A DNA stretch of 64,000 nucleotides, from positions 94,922,001 through 94,986,000 of the forward strand of contig OX597815.1 in NCBI GenBank assembly GCA_951406725.2, written 5' to 3'. The position numbers were made by a program, and so were the translations under genes. Every line of letters begins with the position of its first letter. Position 1 is the first letter of the stretch. The stretch comes from Octopus vulgaris (taxonomy: Eukaryota). A model generated the notes under the pieces. It was not told where the DNA came from. It made no database searches and worked only from the letters and a program-made list of their open reading frames with translations. Positions 39,230 through 53,656 of the stretch are shown here, in pieces.

Positions 39230-40067
39230 CAAACAATATTTCTATTTCGTTTCCTTTTCTAATATATACATAATATATCATGACTTAACCACCTGCAGAT
39301 TTAACATAGGTCTTATCTTATGAATCCGATGAAATTCTTCCTCCCAAAATTAGTCTGTAACATATATACATAGGTACACACGCACACGCATACACACACG
39401 CATATATATATATATATATATAACTTTCAGTCTTTCATTGTTACTCTCTGTGTGTATATCTGCTTGTATATGTATGCATATATTTTCATATATATATTTA
39501 TATATGTATATATAAATACGTACACATGCATCACACGTGAGCGTGCATGCGCACATAAATTCGCATTTTTATTCGCTATTTCCAGTAGGTAATTAATATT
39601 GTATTATAAACTAACAATAATTATCAGGCGCAGTTACATTTGACTCAGATACGTAACCACAACGATTTCCTGCCTTATTCCTTATTATCTAGGTAATTTA
39701 AATGAGAAGCAAACTATACGTTTATATAAATATATATATTAGACTTTCTATATAACATCTTGTAATACGACATATTTGGCTCTAATTCATAACTAAATGT
39801 TTTCGGCAAATCCTTATCTTATTTTGTCAACCTTAAGCCGATCTGTAAAAGCAGCTCTATCTTTATTTCTGCATTGAATCGTAAAAGGGCAAAGCCTAGA
39901 ATTACTGTATCTAGTTCCATGACCATGTACATACAACATAATTCATACGTTTCAGGTCTATTTGTTCGCTTCTAATTCTCTACACCTACGAGAAAAAGAA
40001 TAATGTATAAAGCATATATATAATTACATAAATGTATCCCTATACATACATATATCTACGTATATAT

Positions 40068-40136
<69 letters not shown>

Positions 40137-42361
40137 ACTCAATTTCAAAACTCCGTATTCCAGTCTGATCACTGCTGAAAGCTACGCACACACACACACA
40201 CACACACGCACGCGCGCACGCACACACACATACACACCACACATATATGTATGTATTGCTTAATGAACAGAATATATATTTTTCATGAGCTACCAATAGC
40301 ACATTTCCTTGGAACAAATAAGTATTATAAATTTTTCAAACCCCACTTCGCCAAAGTCAGTTACTCCTTCTAACAAAACATCGTTTTTAACGTCGCATGC
40401 TACAATAGATGCTAGCACACATCTAAACAGCCTCTAGTATACCCCCAACCTGTAGCGGTCGAAAACATATCAACTGATCACTTGGAGGATCGTGTTTCTC
40501 AAATGCTGTAGGTTATAAAGCAACCATCACACCAGCCAATGGCATTATAGATACTGCAGGTGCATAACAGGCAATGATTTGAATGTGAAGGCATGCAAAA
40601 CATATGCAATTCTTCAGGTGCAGAAACAGGGGAAAGCTTACCTCCCTTTTTCGTTTTTGAAGAGAATTCACGGCCATCGGAATAAGTTCTCAACATCAAA
40701 TAGAGTATCATTGATAGGACCCCTTCATCATCACCTTGAACTCGCAATTACCAAACTGCAGTATCTCTCAAACAGGAGGAATGTACTCTCTTGTTGCCAC
40801 CAGAGGTATGGCCTACTGATGAACTTCAATCCACTAGCAGCTGACAATCCAGGTATCCAACTGACGTCTTACTGCCACATACACAAGAGCATAGCTCAAT
40901 TCCAGCAGCATCTATAGACTATGGCTCCATCCATCCTGATAATCAAATCTAGTACTATGAAATTTTAATACAGCAGCACCCAAACTGGTTACTCCCAGGA
41001 AAGTCTGTTGTCCTTTACGCATTAGTATTTCTCTAACAATAGACAACATTTCCCCCTGCCATGTGGAGCACCAAATGCTACTTATGTTACTAAATAAACT
41101 ATACCCTAACTTCCAGATTGTGACGACATCTCAGACCACGTGAACCTAAGAACAAAGAATATAATTGGTGTCGCTTCCAGAGCAAAATAACAGAATAACT
41201 GAGTTGGTAAATAATGGCTTAATATCTAAAAGCCGTCTTGGAATTGCCTCATGTCCTGTTACACTTTCTATATGCACAAGTTGCGTTCATTCTACAAACC
41301 TACACAATTTTAAGTTGTACGGATCTGAGTCAAAATGCTATTAATAACATAAGTCCTTTTAAATGTCCTGAGTGTTTCTTTCTTCTGTTTGGCAAACTTA
41401 TGCCATAGGGTATTTGCACGTTGTAAAAGAAATGCTTTGAGAAACAAATCAAGGAAGCTGATGTCAAGAAATGGGTAATTTACTGCGCAGTGTACTGAAA
41501 CAGTCAAATGCACAATAAAATCTTAATCTATTGAAATTTATGTCATGTGAGTTACTCAATGCGAAGAGAATTAGGTTTAATTCACCAAGAACAAATTCTC
41601 ACCTGAATGCACGTAGTACGGAGAAAAGAATTAAAATTGTGCAAAACTAAGCAGATATAAAACACTGAAATACATATAATTCTCTTTTGCTGGTACAAAA
41701 GATCTGACGATTCTTTCCCTAACATTAACTTAATTCTAGAATATCCTACATGAACATTTTTTCATTTAATTATTGAAATCCCTGAAATTGCACTTTATGT
41801 CGCTTTCCTACCTTGTACATTCACATGAAAATTCATTTTTAATTTAGTGAAATTATCTACATTTCTCCTTGTGAGTAAATTTCATTCACAGGCAAATTAA
41901 AAAAAAAGCACAAAACAAATTCATTCTGTATGGCATTCAGTAACGCTCACTTCGAATGAAGTCTCTATCATTTTTTATATATTTCTCTTAGCTCTTTTTA
42001 TTTTGCATTATACAAATAGTAGTCGGCAAAAATTTGCCAGATTTTGAATCGGGAATGGGACATATTTTCTGCAAGCATGGTGGGACTGCATTCTACTAAC
42101 GCTGCAGATTAGACAGAAATATGTAAATATTTCTCCTATGATTTCAGAAAGGATTAGGCTACCTCATGACTTGCATGAAAATTGACTGAAGGATTTAATT
42201 TTTATTTCTTGAAATTATTTTCCTTCGACCTTCAATGTAGCTAATAATTGCTTCTTGTTTTGACTTGCTGTCTCCAAGACAGAGAAGAATTTTCAAAAAT
42301 GAAGACTTTGCACTTCAACCGGTAATTCCGTATATACCCTTTAATGTACAAACACACGCAC

Positions 42362-42459
<98 letters not shown>

Positions 42460-42876
42460 ACACTCTAAATGCACCTATATAATTAAACTGTTGTAATTTG
42501 TTGGGAAAATTTATAATAAAATTATCTGCTATGAAGTTGGGTTTAGATTAACAATAAATAGAACGAAATCTGAGCTTTCATTTTAAGATATTTATAATCA
42601 ATATTGTTATACTTCAAAAACATCATAATTAATAAAGGCATAAATACACCTACTCGTTGTTGTTTGTCTATATTATTTATTTCAGAATACTAAAATTATA
42701 ATAATATATATGAACAACAAATGTAGGGAAAAGCAAAAAGGAAATATAGACAAACACCTATCGCTGTATTGCAAACGCATTCATTATTACATCACAAACT
42801 TATTAGTAATATTAATAATCTGATAGATCAGATTAAAATAAAATAGAGTGAGAGAATATATTTAGACTCAACTAAT

Positions 42877-42916
<40 letters not shown>

Positions 42917-42983
42917 GCAAAGAAAATGAAGAATAATCTATATAGTTAATCTATGTAGTTATTATAATAACAATCAATTGATG

Positions 42984-43079
42984 TTGCCTATACGCATTTC
43001 GCTTTTAATTACTTAAGTCCATATAATGCAATTAAATTGCATTATGAATTTAAAAAACAAAAAACCTTCACCAGGGCAA
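42984..43079 (-). ncRNA. Degenerate long-stem-II hammerhead motif
   Basis: ttgcc-CTGGTGA-[hairpin incl. ataatgcaatt/aattgcattat]-GAAAT-gc-GTA-taggcaa; more decayed partner at 45419-45515. Confidence 0.55.
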
Positions 43080-43635
43080 GAGTTCATCGAAGTAATTTTT
43101 TCCATATATCTTTAACGGATGGAGAGTTGATACTAATTGAATTTTAGTCTCTACGTCTTGGATTCCGTTCTAAAAATAGCTAGAAACTAATTCTGATCAC
43201 TGGACATGGGATAGGCATAGTTCAGAAGAGCTAGTTCATATTACTATTCACCCTTTAGGGTGACGCAAAAAGACAGCTTTTTGTACAAGCTGTTCCTAGA
43301 AATATAACCTGTGATTGTACCAAGGAGAATCGATGTGCATTAAGGGATATTTATAGTGAAAAAGGTGTTACATTCGAATGTACATCAAAAGACAAATTTT
43401 TAAACAATAAGAGGAAAAGAGGTTTTTATTGTGTGCATAAATAAATATAATTAAATAGAAACTGAGTGAATAATAAATCATACATAGGAATAATTATTAA
43501 AGTCAAATATACTTTCACTATTTTTAAATAGTTTCTGTTAAAGAATTAAATACGATGTATATGCTACCAAAGAATTGTACCTCTATACTATTAATTAAAT
43601 TGACGAATACTGTAAGAACCCAAACCATCAACCAA

Positions 43636-44676
43636 TCTATATATATAAAGAGGCTTTGGGTCAAAATTGTGTGCACATTTTGCTACGTCAGAGGTTGGCC
43701 GTCAGACCAGTGGTCGGATCGAGCTGAAAATTGATACAGGCATAGAAGGCATGACGAGACAGAGTGCTGAGTAGGTTAAAACTCGCCATCTTGAAAGATG
43801 CAGTTGCTATGGTGAGAATAGTGATTTTTTTATCGATTCTAAGCCCCTCCAGATTGGCGCGATTGGCATCTAATCTAATCTATAAAATGAAGAAGGCGAC
43901 CGTTGATACAAATTGGATTTTTAGGTAAAAAGGGGTCTAAATGGGACTGGAAGGGGATTAAAATTTACAGGAGGGGGTAACTTGAGGTGAGAAATTGATT
44001 GGGAGACGTGTTGAGGCGCTTACAGTGGATGCTTTGCTGTGTAACCGGGGATTATATAGATTTTGGGGGATACATTTTGCGCGATTTCAATCAAATTTTC
44101 AACATGGTAAAGTGGAAGCGGATTTGTAATTTAAGCGCGGAAAATGGGTTCAAAATTTTGAAAATTAAGGCAAGGTTTTTGAAGTTGAAAAAATATGTAA
44201 TTTTTACTATTTCTTGCCTTTTATTTTTTATTGTTTACAGTTTTCATTTTTTCTGAAAGAAATTTACACCTGCATGTGGCCCGTGTTTAGAGCTTTCATT
44301 TGCGTGGTCAATCGTCGAAAAATTCCCCAAATAAGTACTAAACTTAACAAAGAAATCCTTTTTTCCTTATTTTTAGTCGCTCAAATAGTGGCACGTACAA
44401 AAGGCAAGTGTGCTTTCCGTTGTCACTGCCTGATATTTAAGACTGATCTTTCAAAATATTTTCTTTCTCAACTTACTCAAGATCTTTTGTTTTTTATAAA
44501 TGGGAGAGAGATAGATAGAGAAAGATAGAGAGTAAGAGAAAGCGAGGGAGAGTCCGAGAGAAAGGAAGAGTAAGAGAGTGAGAAAGTGAGAGAGAAAGGA
44601 GAGAGAAACAAAGAGGGAGAATGTGGCGATAAGAAACATAAAGGAATCAACAGAAAGTAACAACCACACACTCAGG
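43636..44676 (+). mobile_element. Helitron-like insertion (5' end only recognisable)
   Basis: A|TCTATATATATAAAG start like the other Helitrons; removing it rejoins caaccaa/tatctaaataaat, matching the uninterrupted unit at 44960-44995. Confidence 0.55.
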
Positions 44677-45796
44677 ATATCTAAATAAATTATGATATTA
44701 ATAAGAAGGAAAGGGATTTTTGTCTATTCCTAAGGTTAAAACATTTATATAGAAATTTATATTTATATTTGTATTTATTGAACTTAAATAAATTTAATCT
44801 AAATAAATACTGTATGAATAATATAATACCTAAGTTCCTAAAGTTAAATATACCTCTTTTTTAATTAAATAAATTTGGATAAAAATAAGCACTGTGTACA
44901 TTGTAAAAAAGAGTCATGCATCTATACTATTAATTAAAGAGACAAGTATAGGTACGAACCTAAACTATCAAGTAATATATCTAAATAAATAATTTATATT
45001 AGTAACAACTAATATAACTCCTTAGAATAAGAATAAACAAAAATGAATAAGTAAAAGATAACAAATATGTAGATACCTAGATTTATATTTTACCAATAAA
45101 TAAGAACCTTTAAATATATTGTGAACATGATAACTAGTACAAAGTCGTAATGGGAGGTATATAAACTTATATTGAGGAATGTGTTTTAGAGATAATGATA
45201 AATGACCAGCTTGTGAAAAAAGCTGTCTTTTTTACGCCACTAAAAGGGTGAATATTAACATGACTTGGTTTTGAACTATCCCTATCCCATGTCCAGTGGT
45301 CAAAATCAGCCTCTGGCTATTTTTAGAACGTAATTCAAGAGGCATGACTACAATTCAGTTAGAATCAACTCTCCATCTGTTGAGGATGTATGGAAAAAAA
45401 ACTTATTTTGGTAAACACTTACCTCGACAAAGGTGTTTTTGATTTTTAAAATTCATAATGCAATTTAATCGCATAATATGAATGTAAGTAATTAAAAACA
45501 TAACGCGCGAAGGCATCATGAGTTGACTGTTATAAATGTATTGATTATTCTGTGTACACATTTTCCATTTTCTTTACATTGTTAACATTTTTCTCTTATA
45601 TGAAAAAATTTATAGCGAAAACTGTGACTTCAAGAGTGTAAAGGTTCGAATTATCGGAGAGCCAACGATAAGCACTAGTACATATGCACATGTAGAATTC
45701 CCAGTATCGTTATTTAGTATGGCGCTCAACCGGTGTACGCTTGGCTAACTAACCCTAGGAAAGAACAACCACTTATTTAACACTCGTTATATATAT

Positions 45797-46876
45797 ATAA
45801 AACTTAGATAAAACTTAGATATGTTTCGACCAGAGATTGGTCCAGGCCATGTCTAACTTAATAGCACCACCTGATAGGATTATTCGAATCCTGTTTAAGT
45901 CAAGTTTTGTTCAAGTAGTGAGTTATTGTTGGGTGAGTTGTATCCAATTATGGGTGGCTTGTCTGGTATTCTTTGAAGGAATCTATCCAGACTCTGTTTG
46001 AAGTTGATGGGATCCTTTTCCTCTTTGATCTCCCTCGGGACAATGTTAAATAGGGCAGGGCCTGTTGAGGAAAAGAAATTATGTTGCAGTGTACATGTAT
46101 GTTGTGATCTTGAATTTGGCAGGGGACGTATAGCCCGTGGTCCCAGTCTCGGATGAACCTTGAAGCTAATGTTTAGGTCGTTTGGGCAAAGTTGGCGGTA
46201 TATTTTCCACATCGTACAAATGATGTACCGCTCACGGCGACGCTGGAGGGAGTAAAGTTTCAAGGCTTTAAGGCGATCCCAATAGTCGAGAGCAGCCATG
46301 CCTTCAATTTGTTTAGTGAGAGCCCTCTGGGGTGACTCAATTCTGGAGATGTTTTGTCTTGTGTGAGGAGACCACAGTGGGCAGCAGTATTCAAGGTGTG
46401 GCCGTACAAAGGATGAAAAAAGTGGTATGATGACACCTTGTTCTCCGGACCGGAAAGTTCTTAAGATCCAGGAACTCATCCTACGAGCTGTATCGACCTT
46501 CTTGTTGATGTGTGCACTCCAACTGAGATCGTCATCAACAATTACACCCAGGTCTCTGATATTGTTAGAGGCTGTGAGCGGTTACCCTGAAGGAAGAGAG
46601 TATGGTTGTTTTAGTGAGGAATTTCTTCCAAAATGCATCAGCTCAAATTTTCCCTCATTCAGTTGCATTTTGTTTCTGTCTGCCCATTGACTCACAGCAT
46701 ATAGGTCAGACTGGAGTTGAGTTCGGTCTGCTTCTTCATTGACGATTTGCTGGAGCTTAGTGTCATCAGCGAATATTTTCACTTTGCAGTGATGTACGGC
46801 ACTGGAAAGGTCGTTTACATAAATTATGAAGAGTAGCGGACCCAAAACAGTTCCCTGGGGAACACCGCTGGTGACT
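45797..46876 (-). mobile_element. CR1-group LINE 3' fragment (RT C-terminal half and 3' UTR)
   Basis: GVPQGTVLGPLLFIIYVNDL...IFADDTKL; 194-aa ORF RPHLEYCCPLWSP...LYSLQRRRERY...FKQSLDRFLQRIPDKP; tail repeat (atctaagtttt)x2. Confidence 0.92.
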
Positions 46877-48133
46877 TTTGCTGACTATATATATATATAC
46901 ATGTTGATTTGATACAGATGCGATGAAGTTAGAAAAAAATAAGGCCTTTAAATTTACTGGCGATTTTTGAGAATTGCTCCATACCATGCAATTTAAAAAT
47001 TAATTTTCGGTACACTTAAAATATATACAATTTTAACTCGCCTTACAAAATAGATATCAGATTTTTAAATAATTGACCAAACTATCTCAATTGTTGATAG
47101 TAGTAGTAGTAGTAGTAGTAGTAGTAGCTGATGTTGTTATTGCTTGTGTTGTTGCCTCAAACTGGAAGCCACCACCAGCTCCGGATTCAATAGCTATCTC
47201 ACAGACTGTATCCTTCTCTCGCTGGATTAATTATGATTTCTACGAAGAAGATGAAGATCACAGTTTTCTTACTTGTCTTTTCTTTCTTCTCGTCCCACTT
47301 TTTGCATCAACCTTCTTCGCGATTTTTCTCCTCGTTTTGTTTTGCTCACGTTTACTCATGGGACCAGCGTCCTGGTTTTAAGTACATCTCCCGACATGCA
47401 CTGTACCTGAGCATTTGTGGGTACATTGCAAGTTATATAAATCTGCCAAATTATTGTGTATGAAAAGCATGAAACTATTAGTAACTCTATTGTGCTTATA
47501 TCGCAATTTCTGTCATCAATTCCTTCTCTTATGGAAAGGCATAAGAAAAATGCAAGCTGCTAATCAATCAGGAAGAAATGTTATCGAAATTAGGCCGATT
47601 TTGAATATAACTTGACGTTATTTTTTTAATAAAAATCTATTTATTCTGAAAGTTTAAATTAAAACAATTATTAAAGATAAATGAAATTCTTCAAAATTTG
47701 TTACTTAATGTCGCTTCATCTTCAGAGTATAATTCGGAATGAGAATAGAAGATTTTTGCTTTAAAGAGGAGTAATATACACGTTTATATGGCAAAAATTA
47801 TGACAAAGTATATGGTAAAATATGCAAAAAAATATGGCAAAATATGGAAAAGTAGAGTTAGTGGCTCAATTTTGTTTTACAACTCTCAGCTATTCTGCAT
47901 GGAGCTTGCCTATAAGAGAGCCACTGACTTGTGACTTGACCTACAAAAAGTAGTAGCCAAATTTCCATTGAATAATAACATTCTGATACAGTAGACAAGG
48001 CAGCAATAGATAACTATGAGAAGTAGACGGGGCGGTCATGGACTGAACGGTCTCGATCATAGAACTGTGTCAACCAAAGGCAAAACAGCAGCAGCAGCAA
48101 TAACGACAACAACACAAGCAATAACAACAACAG

Positions 48134-48151
48134 CTACTACTACTACTACTT

Positions 48152-48225
<74 letters not shown>
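48134..48225. repeat. (ACT)n trinucleotide repeat
   Basis: Direct observation. Confidence 0.95.
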
Positions 48226-48837
48226 GGCATTAAAAGAACTGAATCATCTATGGTACAATACACAACGAGTAATATTTTCTATATATTTTTCTGTCATTCA
48301 ATTTTATCATATTTGTTACAGTCTTTGAGAATAATAGTACAACTAAAGTCACTAAAGGAAAATTTTTTTCCTGTGCTTTCAACGATAAGAAATTATTTAT
48401 ATATATTACTGATAAATAAATAAAAACACGAAATTAAATTGTAAAAAAATGAAAGGATTATTCGTTAAAACGTATCCAAAATAGCGTTATGATCTGTCCG
48501 AGGTTCATCCGAATTCATCCAACTCCATGAGCAGGAACATAAAATATTTTGATATACGAATCTAGTGAAAACGCTTCAGTGGCACGTATTATCATGAAAA
48601 AAGAAAAGGAGAGAAGGAGGTCAAATTTATATCAACATGAAACGCACGTTTTGAATATACTTCAGGCAACGAATCAATACCATACCCTGAACACAACGTA
48701 CTTACCCTATGCTATAGGAAAGTATCATTTTTCAAACGTACGTTCATTATTTGTATTTGTCGACCTGGAATTCAACGCAGACTCGTCCTGCATTCTTCCC
48801 AAACACCCACACGTTCTTCACACACACTCCTACGTTC

Positions 48838-48880
<43 letters not shown>

Positions 48881-49421
48881 ACATACGCGTGCGTGCGCAC
48901 ACACACACGCAACTATGCATATGTAACTATATATTGATCTATCAAATATTCTAAAGATATGTATATCTTCATGGTATTGTCTCATTCAGCCTTTGTTTCT
49001 CTCTCTCTTTCTCTATCTTTCAGTCTCCGCACGCGTGCACACACACACACACACACACAAAACACGTGTGTAAGTGTGGGCGCCTGAATGTTTTTTAACG
49101 TAGATAATTACACAGATATATGCACATATACAAATACTTACCCAGGAGTATACTTGCGTAAAACATCCAATTATTGTTGAAAGCAATATTTTTTAAAATG
49201 TCTGATGAATAAATATTCTGATCCGATATCGATTTTAGATCCTTCAAAAAGTAACTGGCTATCCTTTATAAATGTAATGAACACAGAATGTAATTATAGC
49301 TTAAGTAAATGTGTGTGTATCTGTGTATGTGTGTGTGCTAAAGTTAAAATTATTTAAGTTTATGGTTTATGTTTGTATACAGAAGTACATACATAGACAT
49401 GAACACATCAGAACGCATACA

Positions 49422-49458
<37 letters not shown>

Positions 49459-52289
49459 TAGATAGATATATAGATATATATACACACATATATATATGTA
49501 TGTATATGTATACATTTAACATTACCACACACACACATGAATATATATATGTATACGTGCGTACGTGTGTGTGTGTATATACACACATATATACATATAT
49601 TCATGCATATACACATATAAATCTGTATATGAATTTATATTTATTCGATACAGGAGACGATATCAATAAATAAAATTAATATATGTGAATCTGTTGATGT
49701 GACTATGAGAGTTCATGAATGCGATGAAATAGAAATATTAAAGTTTTCTGTATGAGATAAGTACGATATAAAACTTTTGTATGCTTACTTTTATCTGAAT
49801 TCCTTTGTGTTTTGGAGAACATAGGAAACACAAAAGATATAAACACTCAATTCTTAATATAAAAGCGTGTAATTATATTTTGTATATCCTATGTAGCATA
49901 TATTGCACGTAGCCAGAAACAAAATATGAGAGAATAATATCATACAAAAAAGTGTTATATTCTATTGATGAATGTAAAGTTGATAAAGCATATAAAATTT
50001 CTGTTTTTACTCCCTCTTTTTTTTACGATTGTAATTTTAGATTTGAAATTAAATTTGATGATTTTGAAGTTAACATCTTGAGCTTGGCAACAAAAGAACC
50101 AGTTACCAATAATAGAATGATACGTTAAAATATATTCCGTATATATAAACAAATGGTATTACATTACTGACAGTTGCTTATATTCTGAATGATAGTCTAG
50201 AAAATAAACTTTTTGAAAACTTTTATATAAACTTTTATATAAACATATAGAAAAAGCAATAGAATAAAGATGTTAAACTTATATAAAATACTTAGTTTAA
50301 ATGTGCAATATGTTCACGTATAATTAAAACGTACTTGTGAGGTTAATTAGCTAGCATTATGACAACTGAGTTTAATATAATTTGCTGTTTTCTTACTTAA
50401 TTTAAACGTAATTCTATTTATTACTGAATTTTTAATTTCACGTACATATATTTCAATTAGTGTCTGTTGCTGTTCCGAAAGGACGCTACTCGCAGGTAGT
50501 ATTCAATGAAACAATAACGATGATAGCAGCGATAATAACTATAACAATGCGATGGCACCAACATAGATAATGAAAAAATCGACAATGTTAGTTATAGATT
50601 ATTTACACAGCAATTGTAATGAAAAGAATTACGATTTACGTAAAACGAATATAATTACAAAGACAAGACATTGATGAAGAGAATTAAATTCATTGTAGGT
50701 ATTTGTATAGGAATGAAAAAAATATTATTTTTAAAATCAAATGGGATTGAAATGGAGACACACACATCCAAGGTAAAAGCATTGACACAGCTCCCTATCG
50801 AATTACTGAAGCAGAAATTATGGTTGGTCATTATGTAATTAGCAGACGATATATTGGTTTGCTTGCATGGTTGAGAACATGATTATTTCCTAGGTAAAAA
50901 CCTAAAAGTGTCTTATAACCTACCAAGAGAGGGAAATATCACTCTACTATCTAACGTCATTATACCATCACATGGTCTACAATGTTATATCCTCTGGTTA
51001 CAGAATCTCTAATGAAAAAAATAACATTATCTTAAATTTATTTGTCATATCTACACATTATTAAAGAAATATGAAATTAGTTTGTGGTATATTTTCTAGC
51101 ATCTTTATTCTATGCATTCAGTTGTTCGAACACCTGGATAGCTACTCAGTAAATTAACACCTAAGCTCTGATTATTTCAAGAGGTACGGGCATATTTTAC
51201 AAACATCTGGGAGCGAATCACCGTGATATAAGGGTACAAGGTGGATCTTGGAACGAGAGGGAGCGGGAGAAATGGGAGGGAGAGAGAAAGAGAGAGAATG
51301 AGGAAGAAAATTACTTAAAGGATGAAAGCCAAACGTCAACTCGACCCATCTCGCAGACAACCGGGACAACCGTTAAGTTGCACACCAACAGTGACTATGG
51401 CAGGAGGTATGTTGAATGGAGGAGAGCCGGAAGGAGAATAAAATCAGTCAAGACGGCCTTCGAGTGCAACATCGTGTCACTTAGGTTGTTCTTTAGCAGT
51501 AAAAAGAGAAATGAGTACAGTGGGCATATATTCAGCAGTAAAAATAACCAGTAGAATGTTATTCAAGGATGCATGTCCCTCAAGCTCGTGTAAAACGATA
51601 ACTATTGCCAGAGTGGCAAAATGTAACCTTAAGTTTACTTGTGATAACATTATGAAATACTATTCAAAATAAAGGTAGTTTTGCTCTATTTTGCAAATCG
51701 TCCTTTAGTTAATGTTCCGGTTCTCACCAGGTTATGTGTGGAATCAATGACGAACGATTCCATTGTATCCACTTTGTATTTAAAATTTCTTTCATTACTG
51801 TAGCAGATGTACGTTTGGATGAGCATGCTCACAATCTTCTATTAAGATGTTCCCATATCTGTTCTATTGGAATATTATCAGGGTTTTGAAGAAACTTTCA
51901 CAGAGATTTGTTTCCGAGAATTCTTTTCAAAACTGGTGATGGTATCACATTTCATCTAGCAAAAGATTGGTATTTGTATCATTTCCTATATAGAAACAGG
52001 TGGGTGATATATATACTTTCCAACTATTTTACAGTACTAAAGGCTATTTAAATGATTTTCAATCAAAATATACTCTAATTCTCTCTCTCTCTCTCTCCTT
52101 CTCTCTCTCTCTCTCCTTCTCTCTCTCTCTCTCTCTCCTTCTCTCTCTCTCTCTATCTACCTAAGTGTCTGTCTGGCTGTCTATCTATCTATATATCTAT
52201 CTATCTCTCAAGCAAACTGACGCCTATACAATAACTCCAAAACATCCATGTTTTACTATTCTCTGCAAACAGTTGGCCCCTCATCTTAT

Positions 52290-52800
52290 ACTTTAGTCGT
52301 CCCACCACACACATGTTTAAATTTAATTGGAAAATTTGTGGAACTTGCTTTCATGTGGCCATATTTTTAACGGCCAACACTGCACTCCAGTTGAATCTTT
52401 TGGTCATACTAGATTTTGGAATCTTTTTTGACTTTCTTACAAAGATGATTTCATACCCAAGGTTTATCGGTATTACATTTTTATGCAATACAACGAAATA
52501 TTCATGGAAAATTCAACATCTCTAAACTCTGCATGCTGCTGTGTAATAATTGTCTCCTTAATTGCCATCTTTGCATTCTCAGAAGCTTTCTTCCATATTT
52601 CAGATATCTTCGTATCTCTGTAATGTCCCTCTTCATTCCACTTCCGACCATATTGTTCAGTTTTGAAAACCCAGAATTGATCAATTTCTCGACTGAAATT
52701 TGTAAATTATTACCAAACAATAGATTAACTGCATGTAAATTCATCGATAACATTTTCCAAATAATTTTCGTTGTATTTCAGCAAATAGATGTTATACATA
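52290..52800 (-). mobile_element. Highly decayed RTE-like LINE RT C-terminal remnant
   Basis: Weak colinear resemblance of the minus-strand frames to an RTE RT tail. Confidence 0.35.
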
Positions 52801-53204
52801 ATCCAAACGCACAACTATATTTGTGCATGAACCACGAAACAAGTAACATATATTTAATTAGAAAATTAAGAAAATCAATGTGTGGCTAAAAGCATACAGT
52901 ACAATATGTATGAGAGAGAAAAATAGATATACTTCTACACTCACGGACACACACACGCACATACATACAGATATATTTTTCGAGAAAAGCAATGCTGGTA
53001 AGTTTCTCTTGATGATATCTGAATTAACACGCAGGTCTTCCCATTGTTTATATATATAATGTGTGATGTTTACAACCATAGAAAATAAGCGGCAACAAGC
53101 TTCGCCTAAATAGAACGAATTCTCTTCACATGTTTCTGTTTCGCATTATTGAAGAACAAATACAGTTCTAAACTTGGGTCATGTCCTCTCTGTGTGTGTA
53201 CATA

Positions 53205-53346
<142 letters not shown>

Positions 53347-53606
53347 ATATATGTTACCGACGGAAGCAGTTTTAAACCCAAGAAGCATACCACCCAAATG
53401 TCACTGCAAACTATATGTAAAGTGTTTTTTCAGTCACAGATATCGCACATTGCTCACGGACTGATGGCACCATTTATATCCTAGTAAACATGAATATATT
53501 ATAAGAACCCTGGATACTGGAGCATTCCTGCTGAGAGCTTCTGTCGCTTAGATATATCTTTGAATAAGCCTACTGGCAACTTGATAAACCAGTGACATTT
53601 AGCCTG

Positions 53607-53656
<50 letters not shown>

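Larger units (their letters stand above)
42915..45590 (+). mobile_element. Decayed PLE-like locus bracketed by about 370-bp inverted pLTR-like arms (42915-43292 vs 45207-45585)
   Basis: Arms are reverse complements (cactggacatgggatagg/cctatcccatgtccagtg, gacagcttttt/aaaaagctgtc); HHR-like motif in the arm; duplicated internal unit at 43580 and 44920. Confidence 0.65.

Noticed and set aside
40380-41230. GC-richer stretch with 80-110-aa ORFs as host exons
   Set aside because: No recognisable domain or convincing splice pair; probably an old LINE remnant, but not supportable either way
45651-45679. Hairpin ttatcg/cgataa plus CTAG|T as the 3' end of the 43636 Helitron
   Set aside because: The interrupted target rejoins at about 44677, and the hairpin is AT-rich and unlike the other Helitron ends; left unassigned
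45815-45860. gacc...ggtc-GAAAC on the minus strand as a hammerhead
   Set aside because: No CUGANGA-like core; better explained as the LINE 3' stem-loop
48016-48423. 135-aa poly-Thr, mucin-like ORF
   Set aside because: Explained by (ACT)n and (ACA)n repeats, with no other coding signal
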